A program made the position numbers and the translations under genes. The notes beneath the pieces were generated by a model that was given only the letters and a program-made list of their open reading frames with translations, was not told where the DNA came from and did not search any database. DNA of 63,372 bases, filler included, from Reclinomonas americana ATCC 50394 (taxonomy: Eukaryota), in assembly GCA_048213135.1 (NCBI GenBank). It is 29 parts of 29 records of this genome, joined end to end, with 100 filler letters (N's around TTAATTAATTAA, not from the genome) between each part and the next. Parts side by side here need not be neighbours in the genome. Positions count along the whole stretch, not along the records: positions 35,739 to 37,129 come from AFZH01024761.1; positions 37,230 to 38,756 come from AFZH01024762.1; positions 38,857 to 41,765 come from AFZH01024763.1; positions 41,866 to 44,770 come from AFZH01024764.1; positions 44,871 to 47,773 come from AFZH01024765.1; positions 47,874 to 50,771 come from AFZH01024766.1; 23 more parts are not named here. The stretch is one strand, 5' to 3'. How positions within the stretch are numbered: position 1 is the first letter of the stretch; the number at the start of each line of letters is the position of its first letter. Positions 35,739-48,765 of the stretch are shown here, one piece after another.

Positions 35739-36968
35739 TTTAGCACAACAAGCATCATCATCAAGTACATTGGATCGTCGTTTCACTTTTTCTGCGCAGT
35801 GACACAGAACGAAGCAGTTGCGTGCTTGCTTCGCCATTCGTTGTGGTATTGTGGGCGCCTGGTGGTAACGATTGCGCGTGCGCACGTGTGTGTTTGTGTG
35901 TGTTGCACAGACACCCGTTGTGCTGTATGGGCTGGCCAACACACTGCAGCACTCGCTCTTTCTGAGGTGCGTCGCTCTGCTCTCTCTGTGCGTGCAGCTA
36001 TTTGTGTGCGATGCATCTCATCTCTCGTGCGATAACCCATCGACAGCCAGTTTACGCTGTACACGGTTCGTTCCCCTTATTTCGTTGCATGATTGCATCC
36101 ATTCTTCGCCCGTTGACGCGCAACGCTGCTGCAGGGTGAACGGCGGTTTCTGCGGTGGCTCGGTGCCCCACTGATACCATTCTTGCTGCTGACGGCCTTT
36201 CCGTCGATTGCCGGTGAGAGTGCCGCGGTTCCATCTTCTTCTTCTTCTTCTTCTATTGTCGATCGCTCATGCAGTGACCCACAGGTCTTGCCAATCTGGT
36301 GAAGCCGCTGGCGCAGGTGCTCAGTCATGCACCGCAGCTGCACACATGTTGGATGCGGAAGACCACGTTGGGAGTGTCGCGCATGGGCCAGCACTTGAAT
36401 TTCGTTGGTGGCCTCTCCGGTACTGTGTGTTTGTGTCGCTGTCTCGCTCGTGTGCCAATCTCACCACCGCCGGGTGACAGGTCTCTACATGTGCTACTAC
36501 ATTCCGCCGTCGTCCGCCTTGACGTACCTGGTCTATATCAACTCAATAGGGCAGGCGGTGTCGGTGTATGCACTGTGCATTATCTTTGACGGGCCGGCAG
36601 CGTTGCTGACCGACGTTGCACCGTCCTCGTCGACACCAATCATCAGCAGCGTGTCATCGTCGTCGTCATCGTCGGCATCGTCGGGTGTGGCGTCGGTGGC
36701 GCCTAGCTTGTCACTAGGCACCGCCGGCGTCGCCAGCATCACGGGCTTGAGTGTAGGCGATGGGCACAAACCCGGCGTCTCGTCGTCGTCGCTGCTGGCG
36801 CCGTCCCCGTCGACAGTGGAGAACGGCACACTGAGTCCATCGGTTGCGTCTCTTGTTGTCGTGTCTCCGATCCCCACAGCCCTGTCGCTAACTCATCCAT
36901 CCAGCAGCAGAAGGCTTCGAGGACGTCGTCAATGCTGTCGAGTCCAGGCACGACAAATGGCACTTTAG
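35739..36968 (+). CDS. PQ-loop repeat membrane protein, C-terminal part
   Basis: Exon 36285-36419 LANLVKPLAQVLSHAPQLHTCWMRKTTLGVSRMGQHLNFVGGLS (PQ..RK(S/T)T.G(L/V)S motif) followed by TM helices and a Ser-rich tail. Ends are uncertain. Confidence 0.6.
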
Positions 36969-37229
36969 ATTTCAGAGCATCGCAGAGTCATCACGACTAA
37001 CGGATGAATGCAGAGCGATCAACAATTGTGTTGTATAACATACTACTATTGTTCGTTTTTTTTAACATTGTGGGTTTCACGTGTGTGGCATTCGTGGGCG
37101 CCGCAACACAGATCGCTTCCACAGTACTCNNNNNNNNNNNNNNNNNNNNNNNNNNNNNNNNNNNNNNNNNNNNTTAATTAATTAANNNNNNNNNNNNNNN
37201 NNNNNNNNNNNNNNNNNNNNNNNNNNNNN

Positions 37230-38123
37230 AGCAAGTCTCTCGTCTCAGCACCTCGAGTGTGCAGCACTCGACGCGCAGGTGGGCGGGCACGCAACTGTCA
37301 GCTTGCGAATGTGATGGAACAAGCCGGGCTCCAGTTGGATCGGCAGACCACGCTCCGTCGCCTCAGCAGACACCTCGATCTCCTGCGCAGGCTTGCGGTC
37401 CTCCACGTCCTCAAAGTCCATATTGCCTGGGGCAAACACTCAACAACGTCAATGCCTCGCATACAAGTCACCGACACACGCGCGACAGCACGCACCCGCA
37501 TCGGTGAACAGCTTGAGGTTGCGTGGGGCACGGTCTGCCAACACCAGACGCAGCAACAATCAGCAACATGCGAGAGAGAGAGAGAAAGAGACAGAGGTGC
37601 GCAGTCCACACACCGCGCGATACCGCAGTGATCTCCAGTGCGGTGATGTTGACCGGCACCTTGAACGGCAGTGTGATCAGCAGTTGCTACCACAAAGAAA
37701 AAACGATTTCAGTGAGAATATGAACAACACGCCGAGCACGCAAACTCGCGCTTCTGTTGCACCTCATCCACGTCGCTCTCCAGGTACCTCGACGCGTCCA
37801 TGTGAATGAAGCTGTCCACAGGAGAGCCAGAAATACACGTGAGACAAGAGCTCACTTTCATCTCGCATGTGCGAGCGTGTGTGTGAGACACAAAGAAAAA
37901 AACGAAACGCGTCAGCCAGCGTGTGCACAGGATCTTGCTGATTGAGACACGTCCACCCCTGCAAACACACAAAAGACGTTACGCGCGCACATAGAGAAAC
38001 ATGTCACACTTTTACACAAACCTGGCGATCAATGGCATCGTCCAGTGGAACAATCAGCTTCTCATCCTGCTGTTGCAGAGAGGCAGCCACAGCGGCCGCC
38101 GTCGCTTTTGCGCTTCCCAACAT
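37230..38123 (-). CDS. PITH-domain protein (PITHD1/TXNL1 C-terminal-like), 3' truncated
   Basis: LDDAIDRQ|GWTCLNQ...YLESDVDE|QLLITLPFKVPVNITALEITA...APRNLKLF..NMDFEDVEDRKPAQEIE...F..IRKLT. Confidence 0.88.
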
Positions 38124-38210
38124 TGTGTGAAATTGAGAGGGGACAGTTCTGGTGCGGACAGTGTCGACTCGCCTCCCGCGAAAACCTCATTCATAGCAAA
38201 CCGCGTGGGA

Positions 38211-38371
38211 ATGGCACACGGAGCTGAGACAGCGCGCCTGTTGAAGGAGGAGACTGCGCGGGATGAGTGTGCGCAGTTGTTGAAGACACAAACAGCGCAA
38301 TTGTCGCAGTTTGCCATTTGCTGTGAACAAGCGTTGCGTGGAGTCACACACTCACTCACACACGCTCTCTC

Positions 38372-38402
<31 letters not shown>

Positions 38403-38756
38403 TTGTCCCTCTCCCTCTGTCTTCTCTCTTACCGTCGTGCGTGATTGAGATTTGTGTTTTGCATGTGAGTTTTGTGCCTCACGTGCTTGTGCAGGTTTGA
38501 CCCGGAGCTCGACCCCGACGGACATGCGCAGATGAGGGCGTTGGTGAGCGTGTTTCACTCGGTGTGAGATAATGGTGATTGTTGACTGATGACGAAATGT
38601 GTGTCACGCAGATTGAGGAGCTGACGGAGCTCGGGGAGCACCACTTCAAACTGCTGAACGCCAGACAGAATCAGCTGCTGGCCAAGATCTCCACACGCGG
38701 ACTGGCGGTGCGTTTTGCGTGTTGTGCGCTGGTTTTTTTTGTTGTCAGTCGACTCA
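38211..38756 (+). CDS. Hypothetical protein, N-terminal exons, divergent from PITH gene
   Basis: MAHGAETARLLKEETARDECAQLLKTQ... and IEELTELGEHHFKLLNARQNQLL exons with plausible splice sites; no family recognised. Confidence 0.4.
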
Positions 38757-38856
38757 NNNNNNNNNNNNNNNNNNNNNNNNNNNNNNNNNNNNNNNNNNNN
38801 TTAATTAATTAANNNNNNNNNNNNNNNNNNNNNNNNNNNNNNNNNNNNNNNNNNNN

Positions 38857-41680
38857 AAACACACACGTTTCCAGTGATCCGCACCGGTGCGTGTCGGCAC
38901 CGTGTCGCGATGTGCAGCGAAAAGCAGTTCCAGCGCCTGCGGAGATGCCTGATTAGTGCACGTACGTATACACACATATCTGTGTCCATGAACACGCCGC
39001 ACCTCATCCGTCCAGGTGAACGCTTGGCTCCGCTTGCGCTGCTTGTTGTCTGTGTCTGATTCGACTCCACCTGCACGAGAGCGTGAGGAAGCCGTCGCCA
39101 CGGCGGGTCCTCGCTTGCGACGCTGTCGTTTCCGAGGCGGTTTCCCTCCCGACGCGTCACTGCTGGTGTGCGACACGTGCGACGCCGAACTGGCGTCACT
39201 CTGATTGCTGTCGCTCACGTCACTCGTGTGACGACCTCGCCGCCGGTTCATCCGCTGTTTCTGCGCCTTGACTTTAGCGGTCGCCATTCTCACTGTGGCA
39301 TGTCACAGAGCGTGAGAATGACGCAGCAGGAGTGTACTCATACCACCCACGCACTTACCGTCGTCATCTCCACTTGTATCCTCACTGCTACTGCCTTCAT
39401 CGCTGCTGCTTGTAGCATCTTCATCGTCCACACCACGACGTGCAGGCGGTCGTACTGGTGGCGTGGAAGCGATCCCCGAATCCGTCTTCGCCAACCAGTA
39501 GTCCTTTGGCGGCAGACATAGGCGACCGCTGCGTGTACGCTGTTCACCAATGGCCTCGAGCAGCATCTGACGATCGGCAGGCGACGGCACTTTTGTGATC
39601 CCTGTGCGTGATCGTTGTTGTTGCGGCTGCGGAGTGCTGGGCGACTTGGGCGTCCGCACGGTTGGGGTAGGCTCCGGTTCCCGCTGTCGCTTTCCACGAG
39701 CACCAGTCGCTGCAGTTGTGGTTGTTGCTGACGAGCTGGCAGATGTGCGGCGAGCGGTGGTGATTTTCTGCTGCTGCTGCTGCTGCTGCTGCTGTTGTTT
39801 CACTTGCGCTTGCCGACGCACGGCGGCAGCCAGACGGCGCTCCGACGGCGGTGTCTCCACCACGTCGGCTTTGATCTTACGCCGTCGCTGGGGCGGTGGA
39901 GTGGTGAACGCAAACGCGTCGGCGGATGCGACTGTTGAACTTGCGACTCGGGAGCGGTCTTTGGAGCGCAGCCGATTCGCCGCGCTAGGCGTGTTACTCG
40001 GTGAGTCGCCGTCGTTGTGTGGTGGTGACGACGGAGATTGCTGTTGTTCAGCGCACAGCGGCAGTTGTGAATCTCAGGCACGCACACACACAGAGGAGAG
40101 AGAGAGAGAGAGTGGATTACGCACTCTATGAGAGGGTGGCGTAGACAGAGCACCACCTGTCCGACGCGGCGTCGACGGCGGAGTCTGCCACGGACGCGAT
40201 AGTAGAGGACTCGACGGCACCGACGGCTGCCGAGTTTACCACCAACCGCAGCATCAGTATCGACGCTCACAGCGCACAATACGCGATCACATCCCCACAT
40301 CGACGTAACTGAGGGCGATCGGGTTGCGGACCTGGCGGGCGACGGCGATGGCGACTTGCTCTACGATTCAAACACAGAATGGTGAGGAAAGCATATCTCC
40401 ATGCACACCCGCACACATGCCCGCAACTGTGGCCCGATGCCCAAACGTTCGCAATCGTGGCGCACTCGGAACAATCTGTCACGCTTTCAGTTGCCATGGA
40501 CGACAGGAACGCGATGGAAGGGTACCAAAATGACTTACAAATACAGACAGCGGCGATTCGACAGTCGATCTGATGGGTGGTGCAGGCGATGCAACTGGCG
40601 AGGCAACAGTCTATAAAGACGAGCACTTGTGAGATACATCAGCCGGAACAACAATGGCAGCACCGTGAACAATGTGCACACCATGGGGCTGGGTGGTTGC
40701 TTCTGACTGCCTCCGCTGTACGGCGATGCAGCCTGTCCCAGCATAGCCACCCCGATGTCACATTGTCAAAAGAAAATCGAGTGTGGTTCTCATCGTCAGT
40801 AGCAGCGTACCTCGGGCAGTGTGGGAACAGAAGGAGATTGTACAGGTGAGGTCGTGGACGCGCTGCTGGCAGTGGTCGGCGAGTGCTACGGATATCTGTA
40901 AGAAGTAGGAACAACACATTGTCGGCAACGAACATTCACCATTGCAACTCGTGATGGGGTCTTGGGCTCGACATCGGTTTGGTGTCCAGGTGCAGCATCC
41001 TGCATACAATCGGCGTATTATCAGCAGGCGGCTTAGTGACACACTATACGCGCGCACACACACACCATCGTAGCTAGTTCAGTGGCGGTGACTTCACGCC
41101 AGTCGGTCGGAAACCCGAGCGCGAACAGATCACACACAGTTTGGCTCCACCCTATATTACGCTCACGAGAGTCACGCATCAGAGGCAGGTGGAAGTCTGC
41201 TTGCCGATGCACGAACCATACTTGAGGCAAGCTGCCGTGTGCATCGGTCCATCGAGAATATACAGTGTGTCACTTCGCGTGTACACCCGTCGCCCATCGC
41301 CAGCTGCCGCCACTCTGACGATCTCGGAACTGCGCCACTTCTGCATGCGCATGCGTGCGTGTGAGTGTGTGTGCGGCACAAGAGATGCGTGCGCGATGGC
41401 ATCGCACCTGGCCTCGCATCAAGCTGGCTTGCTTGGACGGGCAGTTGCGCAAATCACCCTCCACCGTGAGAACACAACCGGAACCCTTTGGTCGTCGTTC
41501 GGGGCGGATGGTCCAATTGGCCAGCCACACATAGTCCTCGCTGCGTACGTCGAGTGTCAGACTCGGCGTGGCGGAGGCGGCGGTGGGAGTGGTCGTCGTC
41601 GTTGTCGTTGTGGTGGCAGATGGCGACGATCGTTGCGCCGCTGCTGGCGATGCCATTGATCGGGTCACTTGCATCGCCAT
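38857..41680 (-). CDS. KNL2: KNL2/Mis18BP1-like CENP-A loading factor (SANTA, CENPC-k motif, SANT start); allele A
   Basis: SANTA: VWLANWTI...LTVEGDL...|KWRSSEIVRV...VYTRSDTLYILDGPM...GWSQTVCDLFALGFPTDWR. CENPC-k-like RTRSGRLCLPPKDYW at 39495-39539. SANT-like WTDE|ALELLFAAHRDTVPTRTGADHWKR at the contig end. Confidence 0.82.
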
Positions 41681-41901
41681 GCTGCCTCCCTCGGTCCGCT
41701 GTGTGGGGAGGAAAAAGAGTCGAACGAACGTGAGTCGAATACGGCAGTGGTGGCAAGCGGCGACTNNNNNNNNNNNNNNNNNNNNNNNNNNNNNNNNNNN
41801 NNNNNNNNNTTAATTAATTAANNNNNNNNNNNNNNNNNNNNNNNNNNNNNNNNNNNNNNNNNNNNTGTGCTTATTTTTTCTCTCTCCCTTTCTCTGTGCA
41901 G

Positions 41902-42840
41902 CAAGAAGCTGGGCAACGTGTCGCCCGAGCACTACGCCATCAGTCTGGCGGAGCACTTTTTCTCGACGCAGTCGCAGGTCGACGCATTGGAGATTGCCGT
42001 GCAGATCAAGCCGTGGAGCCGTGTGCACGTGCAGGGCCGCGCGCAGTTTCGTAACGCACCTGTTTCTGTTGGTGGTGCACGTGGTGTCTCACGCGCGACT
42101 CGCACACAGCAACCATTCGTTCCAGCAGTCGAGCCAGGTGTTGGACTCGTGCTTGTTGACGCAGAGCCGCGGGCAGAAGCCGCACATTACGCAGTCGGTC
42201 ACCAACCTGGTGCTGATGAAGAGCACGCAGTCGGGCTTTGTCGGTGCGTGACCGCGCGTGCGTGCGTGTGGGTGCGTTTGTTGTACTGACCGCGCCACAG
42301 GCTTCATCAAGGATGCCTACACGACGCTGCCGGAGGTCACCGACCGCATCATGTGCTCCAACGTGACGGCCACCTGGTCATACAGCCCCGACATTGACGC
42401 CAAGACGTACGACTTCCCTCTGCTGCGTCAGCGCGCCGAGACGGCCATGATTGAGACGTTTGCGGGCCCGCCAGTGGACGGAATCTTCTCGCCCAGCGTG
42501 CAGCAAACTCTCTACGAGATGGTGTGCAGTATTACTCGCGTCCCGCTTCGCCCCCCTTTTGCTCCCACACTCACACTCTGACACAACGCAGGGTCAAGAG
42601 GTGCTCAAGGCGCTGCCGAGCGTGGAATGGATCAGCATCTCGATGCCCAACCTGCACTACCTGCCGCTCAACCTGGCGCCCTTTGGCCAGGACAACAAGA
42701 ACACCATCTTCTACCCGGCGTACGAGCCGCATGGTGAGCGTGTGAGTTCCCTCGGCTTCTCTCTGGCGTGCTTGTATTCTCACAAGTGTGCAGGTCTGAT
42801 TGAGGCTACCATTCGCCGCAAGCTGCGTGCGCGCCTCTGA
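41902..42840 (+). CDS. UOX: Uricase, 3' part; allele B
   Basis: Near-identical to 17383-18346, with indels only in introns. Confidence 0.95.
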
Positions 42841-43023
42841 GCGGTCGGGGCATTCACAGCCCTGTGGACGATATATTTTTTGCATGCCTATGATGACGAC
42901 AACGACAACGACGGTAGCGAGTGCTTGTATTGAGAGATAGTCAGTGAGTGTGTCACAATGAATATGAAAGATGAACACTTGCAAAAAGGTGTCTTACGCT
43001 GGGGACACGCGCGCACACACACA

Positions 43024-44040
43024 CTAGGCCAACAAGCAGAACTTGTTGTCGCACCGCTCGCTGCAGTTGGGCGGCACGTCAAACAGACCCGGCTGCGAGA
43101 CAGCCTGCGGGCCCGCCTGGTAGTCGAGGTTGTACAGCCACTCGTTCTTGCCGACAATCAGCGTCGGGTAGCCCTCGTAGTAGAGGCACGGAGCTCCAGC
43201 AGCATCCTGGTAGTAGTAGTTGTGCTGACCCTGCGCGCGTGGCGTGTGAGATCCCGCTGTGGCGACTACCACGGACTAGACGAAACTCCGTCCTTGACCC
43301 AGCCATTGCACGTGCGGCCATTGACGTCCATGGTACCCACATAGGAGCCGCCCTGCAGCCACGTCGGCAAGATGATGCCGCAATGCTGCGTCACGTTGCA
43401 GCACCGGCAGCAGATGTTGCTGTCGGGGAAAATCAAGTAGCGCTGCAGCCTCGGGAGGTGAGGCGCACAGAAAACAGAAAGAAAGGAAGAGACGCGCACA
43501 CACGCACCCAGCTGTCGGCCGCCACCAGGTGCGTGCACGCCTCCTGACTCTTGCTCTTGCCGGCCTGCGCCGTGCAAAACTCGTCATGCTGGCCACTGCA
43601 TTGTTGTGTGTGAGAGACAGCGAAGAAAGGCGAAAAAGAGAAGTGCGTGCTTATTTTCCCTCCCAACCTGCTGTGCTCCTCCTTGCTCACAGCGCGAGTG
43701 GCATCGTACCAGAAGCGCACAGTGTTCTTCCACTGACCCTCCAACTTGATCGAGACTAACAACACAAAAAAGAATGATGTTTTTCCGGTGTTTGTTTGTG
43801 CTCACACACGCGCGTGTACGCACTTGTCTGGTTGATGGTCACATAGAACTGCGAGTCCCACACCTACGCATGCACGCGCTCAGCAGACGAGCACGCAATC
43901 AGACAGAAAACACCGCGGAGAAACAGTTGTCGCACCGGTGGTGCAGGCGCGGCCACCACAGTCGACGACATGCATGAGAGCAGCGCGACAAGAGAGAGGC
44001 TGCAGAGGAGTGCAGCGGCGAGTTGAGCTGTGCGTGTCAT
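43024..44040 (-). CDS. Secreted ependymin-related-like protein; allele B
   Basis: Near-identical to 18515-19546. Confidence 0.55.
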
Positions 44041-44107
44041 GATGTGACTCTGTATTGATGGACAGAGACGGATCCGGAGTTGCCTGCGCCTGCTCGCCCG
44101 CCCGCGC

Positions 44108-44770
44108 TCACTGTTGTTGCATGCGTGCATGAAGCGCCGTGCCCGCGGCCTGTGTCAACGAGTGAGCGCGCGTACATCAGTGTGACAAGCGCCTTTCTCT
44201 CACACGAACCCGACCACACCACGCACACACTGCGTTCTCCTCGAGCAACTTTTGCGCAAATGCACGAATCGTGTGCGCCAAGTCGTCCGTGACTGGGGCC
44301 GCCGGCGCGCACTGCGAGAAGAAGAAGAGTCATTGTGCGTGGTGTAGTGTGCGTGTTGACGACGAGGGATTGATTACCGACCTGCGGGCGAGGTCGCCCT
44401 CCCGCGCGTCGTTTGAGCTGTGCAAAGAGCGCGGCGTTGCTCTCGCGATACTGCGCCACAAAGTGCACTCTGTGTACCACACACCACTGTGTGAGCTCAC
44501 GCCTGTCTTCCACCTGTCTCTCTTTGACGCTTACCGCTTCTCATGCAAGCTCTCCATCGACGCGTGCATGTCACGGCGAACGGCTTGCATGCTCTTCTGT
44601 CGCGCGCAGGCCTCCTCGCGGTGTGCGACCACTTGAGCGTCCAGTGCCGCCAAGTGCACCACTTGCTCACGAGTGGCGCCTCGCACAGTGCGCAGAGTCT
44701 CCTCGGCCGCTTGCACCTTGGTCAGCACTGCGCAAACATGAGAGAGAGAGAGAGAGTGGTGCACACTGAC
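44108..44770 (-). CDS. Hypothetical coiled-coil protein C-terminus; allele B
   Basis: Near-identical to 19593-20289. Confidence 0.4.
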
Positions 44771-44870
44771 NNNNNNNNNNNNNNNNNNNNNNNNNNNNNN
44801 NNNNNNNNNNNNNNTTAATTAATTAANNNNNNNNNNNNNNNNNNNNNNNNNNNNNNNNNNNNNNNNNNNN

Positions 44871-46080
44871 AAGCACACACGTTTCCAGTGATCCGCACCG
44901 GTGCGTGTCGGCACCGTGTCGCGATGTGCAGCGAAAAGCAGTTCCAGCGCCTGCGGAGATGCCTGATTAGTGCACGTACGTATACACACATATCTGTGTC
45001 CATGAACACGCCGCACCTCATCCGTCCAGGTGAACGCTTGGCTCCGCTTGCGCTGCTTGTTGTCTGTGTCTGATTGGACTCCACCTGCACGAGAGCGTGA
45101 GGAAGCCGTCGCCACGGCGGGTCCTCGCTTGCGACGCTGTCGTTTCCGAGGCGGTTTCCCTCCCGACGCGTCACTGCTGGTGTGCGACACGTGCGACGCC
45201 GAACTGGCGTCACTCTGATTGCTGTCGCTCACGTCACTCGTGTGACGACCTCGCCGCCGGTTCACCCGCTGTTTCTGCGCCTTGACTTTAGCGGTCGCCA
45301 TTCTCACTGTGGCATGTCACAGAGCGTGAGAATGACGCAGCAGGAGTGTACTCATACCACCCACGCACTTACCGTCGTCATCTCCACTTGCATCCTCACT
45401 GCTACTGCCTTCATCGCTGCTGCTTGTAGCATCTTCATCGTCAACACCACGACGTGCAGGCGGTCGTACTGGTGGCGTGGAAGCGATCCCCGAATCCGTC
45501 TTCGCCAACCAGTAGTCCTTTGGCGGCAGACATAGGCGACCGCTGCGTGTACGCTGCTCACCAATAGCCTCGAGCAGCATCTGACGATCGGCAGGCGACG
45601 GCACTTTTGTGATCCCTGTGCGTGATCGTTGTTGTTGCGGCTGTGGAGTGCTGGGCGACTTGGGCGTCCGCACGGTTGGGGTAGGCTCCGGTTCCCGCTG
45701 TCGCTTTCCACGAGCACCAGTCGCTGCAGTTGTGGTTGTTGCTGACGAGCTGGCAGATGTGCGGCGAGCGGTGGTGGTTTTCTGCTGCTGCTTCACTTGC
45801 GCCTGCCGACGCACGGCGGCAGCCAGACGGCGCTCCGACGGCGGTGTCTCCACCACGTCGGCTTTGATCTTACGCCGTCGCTGGGGCGGTGGAGTGGTGA
45901 ACGCAAACGCGTCGGCGGATGCGACTGTTGAACTTGCGACTCGGGAGCGGTCTTTGGAGCGCAGCCGATTCGCCGCGCTCGGCGTGTTACTCGGTGAGTC
46001 GCCGTCGTTGTGTGGTGGTGACGATGGAGACTGCTGTTCAGCGCACAGCGGCAGTTGTGAATCTCAGGCACGCACACACA

Positions 46081-46118
<38 letters not shown>

Positions 46119-47689
46119 TTACGCACTCTATGAGAGGGTGGCGTAGACAGAGCACCACCTGTCCGACGCGGCGTCGACGGCGGAGTCTGCCACGGACGCG
46201 ATAGTAGAGGACTCGACGGCACCGACGGCTGCCGAGTTTACCACCAACCGCAGCATCAGTATCGACGCTCACAGCGCACAATACGCGATCGCATCCCCAC
46301 ATCGACGTAACTGAGGGCGATCGGGTTGCGGACCTGGCTGGCGACGGCGATGGCGACTTGCTCTACGATTCAAACACAGAATGGTGAGGAAAGCATATCT
46401 CCATGCACACCCGCACACATGCCGCAACTGTGGCCCGATGCCCAAACGTTCGCAATCGTGGCGCACTCGGAACAATCTGTCACGCTTTCAGTTGCCATGG
46501 ACGACAGGAACGCGATGGAAGGGTACCGAAATGACTTACAAATACAGACAGCGGCGATTCGACAGTCGACCTGATGGGTGGTGCAGGCGATGCAACTGGC
46601 GAGGCAACACTCTATGAAGACGAGCACTTGTGAGATACATCAGCCGGAGCAACAATGGCAGCACCGTGAACAATGTGCACACCATGGGGCTGGGTGGTTG
46701 CTTCTGACTGCCTCCGCTGTACGGCGATGCAGCCTGTCCCAGCATAGCCACCCCGATGTCACATTGTCAAAAGAAAGTCGAGTGTGGTTCTCATCGTCAG
46801 TAGCAGCGTACCTCGGGCAGTGCGGGAACAGAAGGTGATTGTACAGGTGAGGTCGTGGACGCGCTGCTGGCAGTGGTCGGCGAGTGCTACGGATATCTGT
46901 AAGCAGTAGGAACAACACATTGTCGGCAACGAACATTCACCATTGCAACTCGTGATGGCGTCTTGGGCTCGACATCGGTTTGGTGTCCAGGTGCAGCATC
47001 CTGCACACAATCGGCGTATTATCAGCAGGCGGCTTAGCGACACCCTATACGCGCGCACACACACACACACACACCATTGTAGCTAGTTCAGTGGCGGTGA
47101 CTTCACGCCAGTCGGTCGGAAACCCGAGCGCGAACAGATCACACACAGTTTGGCTCCACCCTATATTACGCTCACGTGAGTCACGCATCAGAGGCAGGTG
47201 GACGTCTGCTTGCCAATGCACGAACCATACTTGAGGCAAGCTGCCGTGTGCATCGGTCCATCGAGAATATACAGTGTGTCACTTCGCGTGTACACCCGTC
47301 GCCCATCGCCAGCTGCCGCCACTCTGACGATCTCGGAACTGCGCCACTTCTGCATGCGCATGAGTGCGTGTGAGTGTGTGTGCGGCACAAGAGATGCGTG
47401 CGTGATGGCATCGCACCTGGCCTCGCATCAAGCTGGCTTGCTTGGACGGGCAGTTGCGCAAATCACCCTCCACCGTGAGAACACAACCGGAACCCTTTGG
47501 TCGTCGTTCAGGGCGGATGGTCCAATTGGCCAGCCACACATAGTCCTCGCTGCGTACGTCGAGTGTCAGACTCGGCGAGGCGGAGGCGGCGGTGGGAGTG
47601 GTCGTCGTCGTTGTCGTTGTGGTGGCAGATGGCGACGATCGTTGCGCCGCTGCTGGCGATGCCATTGATCGGGTCACTTGCATCGCCAT
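44871..47689 (-). CDS. KNL2: KNL2/Mis18BP1-like protein; allele B
   Basis: Near-identical to 38857-41680, with the same motifs and a shorter polyQ. Confidence 0.82.
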
Positions 47690-48041
47690 GCTGCCTCCCT
47701 CGGACCGCTGCGTGGGGAGGAAAAGAGTCGAACGAACGTGAGTCGAATACGGCAGTGGTGGCAAGCGGCGATTNNNNNNNNNNNNNNNNNNNNNNNNNNN
47801 NNNNNNNNNNNNNNNNNTTAATTAATTAANNNNNNNNNNNNNNNNNNNNNNNNNNNNNNNNNNNNNNNNNNNNTCATGATGCTGTGCCGCAGCCGCGAAG
47901 ACAATTGCGGTGCCGAATGTCTGGTATCCAGCAAGCTCCCAATGTCGGGTTGTGGCGCATCTGGCGTGAGCCATGCGGGTTCTGCTGCAACTATGGGCCG
48001 TGGATCGCCGGCTGGCTTCGTAGCCAGCCGGCGGGCAGACT

Positions 48042-48731
48042 TCACATCATGCGTTTGATCTCGCCGTAAGCGCCCGTCGTCTTCAGTGTGATCGTGACGT
48101 CCTGCTTGCCGCGGTTGCGCCAGAACCAGCCGTGCGAGCCGTCGAACTCGGCGGTTAGGACGCCTTGCTCGCCGGCCGAGCCACGCCCGGTCTTGTAGCT
48201 CTTCTCCTTGCCGCCCGCGCCGGGAGTTCCGTGCATGTCGTAGTTCACGACGCCGTCCTTGGCGGTCCAGTCGAAGTCGACTTTCGCGCCGGCCTTCATG
48301 GTCAGCTTGTATTCGACGCCCTCGGTTGGTTTCAGCGTGATCACGGTCTCGTCCGTGCGCGAGGGTGCAGCCTGGGCGAGGATCACCCGCTCGCCAGCCT
48401 CAGCCGACGAGACGAACAGGCCGGCGAGGATCGTGCCGAGCAGCGACGAGCGCTGGTCCGGCGCAGGCGTTGCCGGCGCCGGCGGGGTCGGCGGCGTCTG
48501 GCTGTCCTTGATCCGGTCGGCTTCAGCTTCAGCGGCGAGCTGAATCTTGATCTCGCCCATTTCCGTCAGCTTCAGCATGCGGCCGATGCCGGTCGGATCG
48601 ATCGCATATTCGGCCGGCAGGACGATGGTCACGAGGATCACGACAGCGGAGACGGCGGCGATTGCGGTGGAGCGCAGCAGCTGGGCCGTGGTCGGCAGCT
48701 CGGCGCGGGTCGGGATGTCGGTGTTATACAT
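48042..48731 (-). CDS. Transmembrane-anchor protein typical of HupE/nre metal clusters
   Basis: MYNTDIPTRAELPT...VLPAEYAIDPTGIG..L.LTEMGEIK...YDMHG...FDGSHGWFWRNR. Confidence 0.85.
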   Translation of the reverse strand: MYNTDIPTRAELPTTAQLLRSTAIAAVSAVVILVTIVLPAEYAIDPTGIGRMLKLTEMGEIKIQLAAEAEADRIKDSQTPPTPPAPATPAPDQRSSLLGTILAGLFVSSAEAGERVILAQAAPSRTDETVITLKPTEGVEYKLTMKAGAKVDFDWTAKDGVVNYDMHGTPGAGGKEKSYKTGRGSAGEQGVLTAEFDGSHGWFWRNRGKQDVTITLKTTGAYGEIKRMM

Positions 48732-48765
48732 CGGGTGAGGTCCTTGAGATGAGGTCTCTGGGATT

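Noticed and set aside
40267..40935. Cys-rich ORFs within KNL2 as zinc fingers
   Set aside because: The Cys residues derive from TG-rich intron sequence and the frames differ between alleles.
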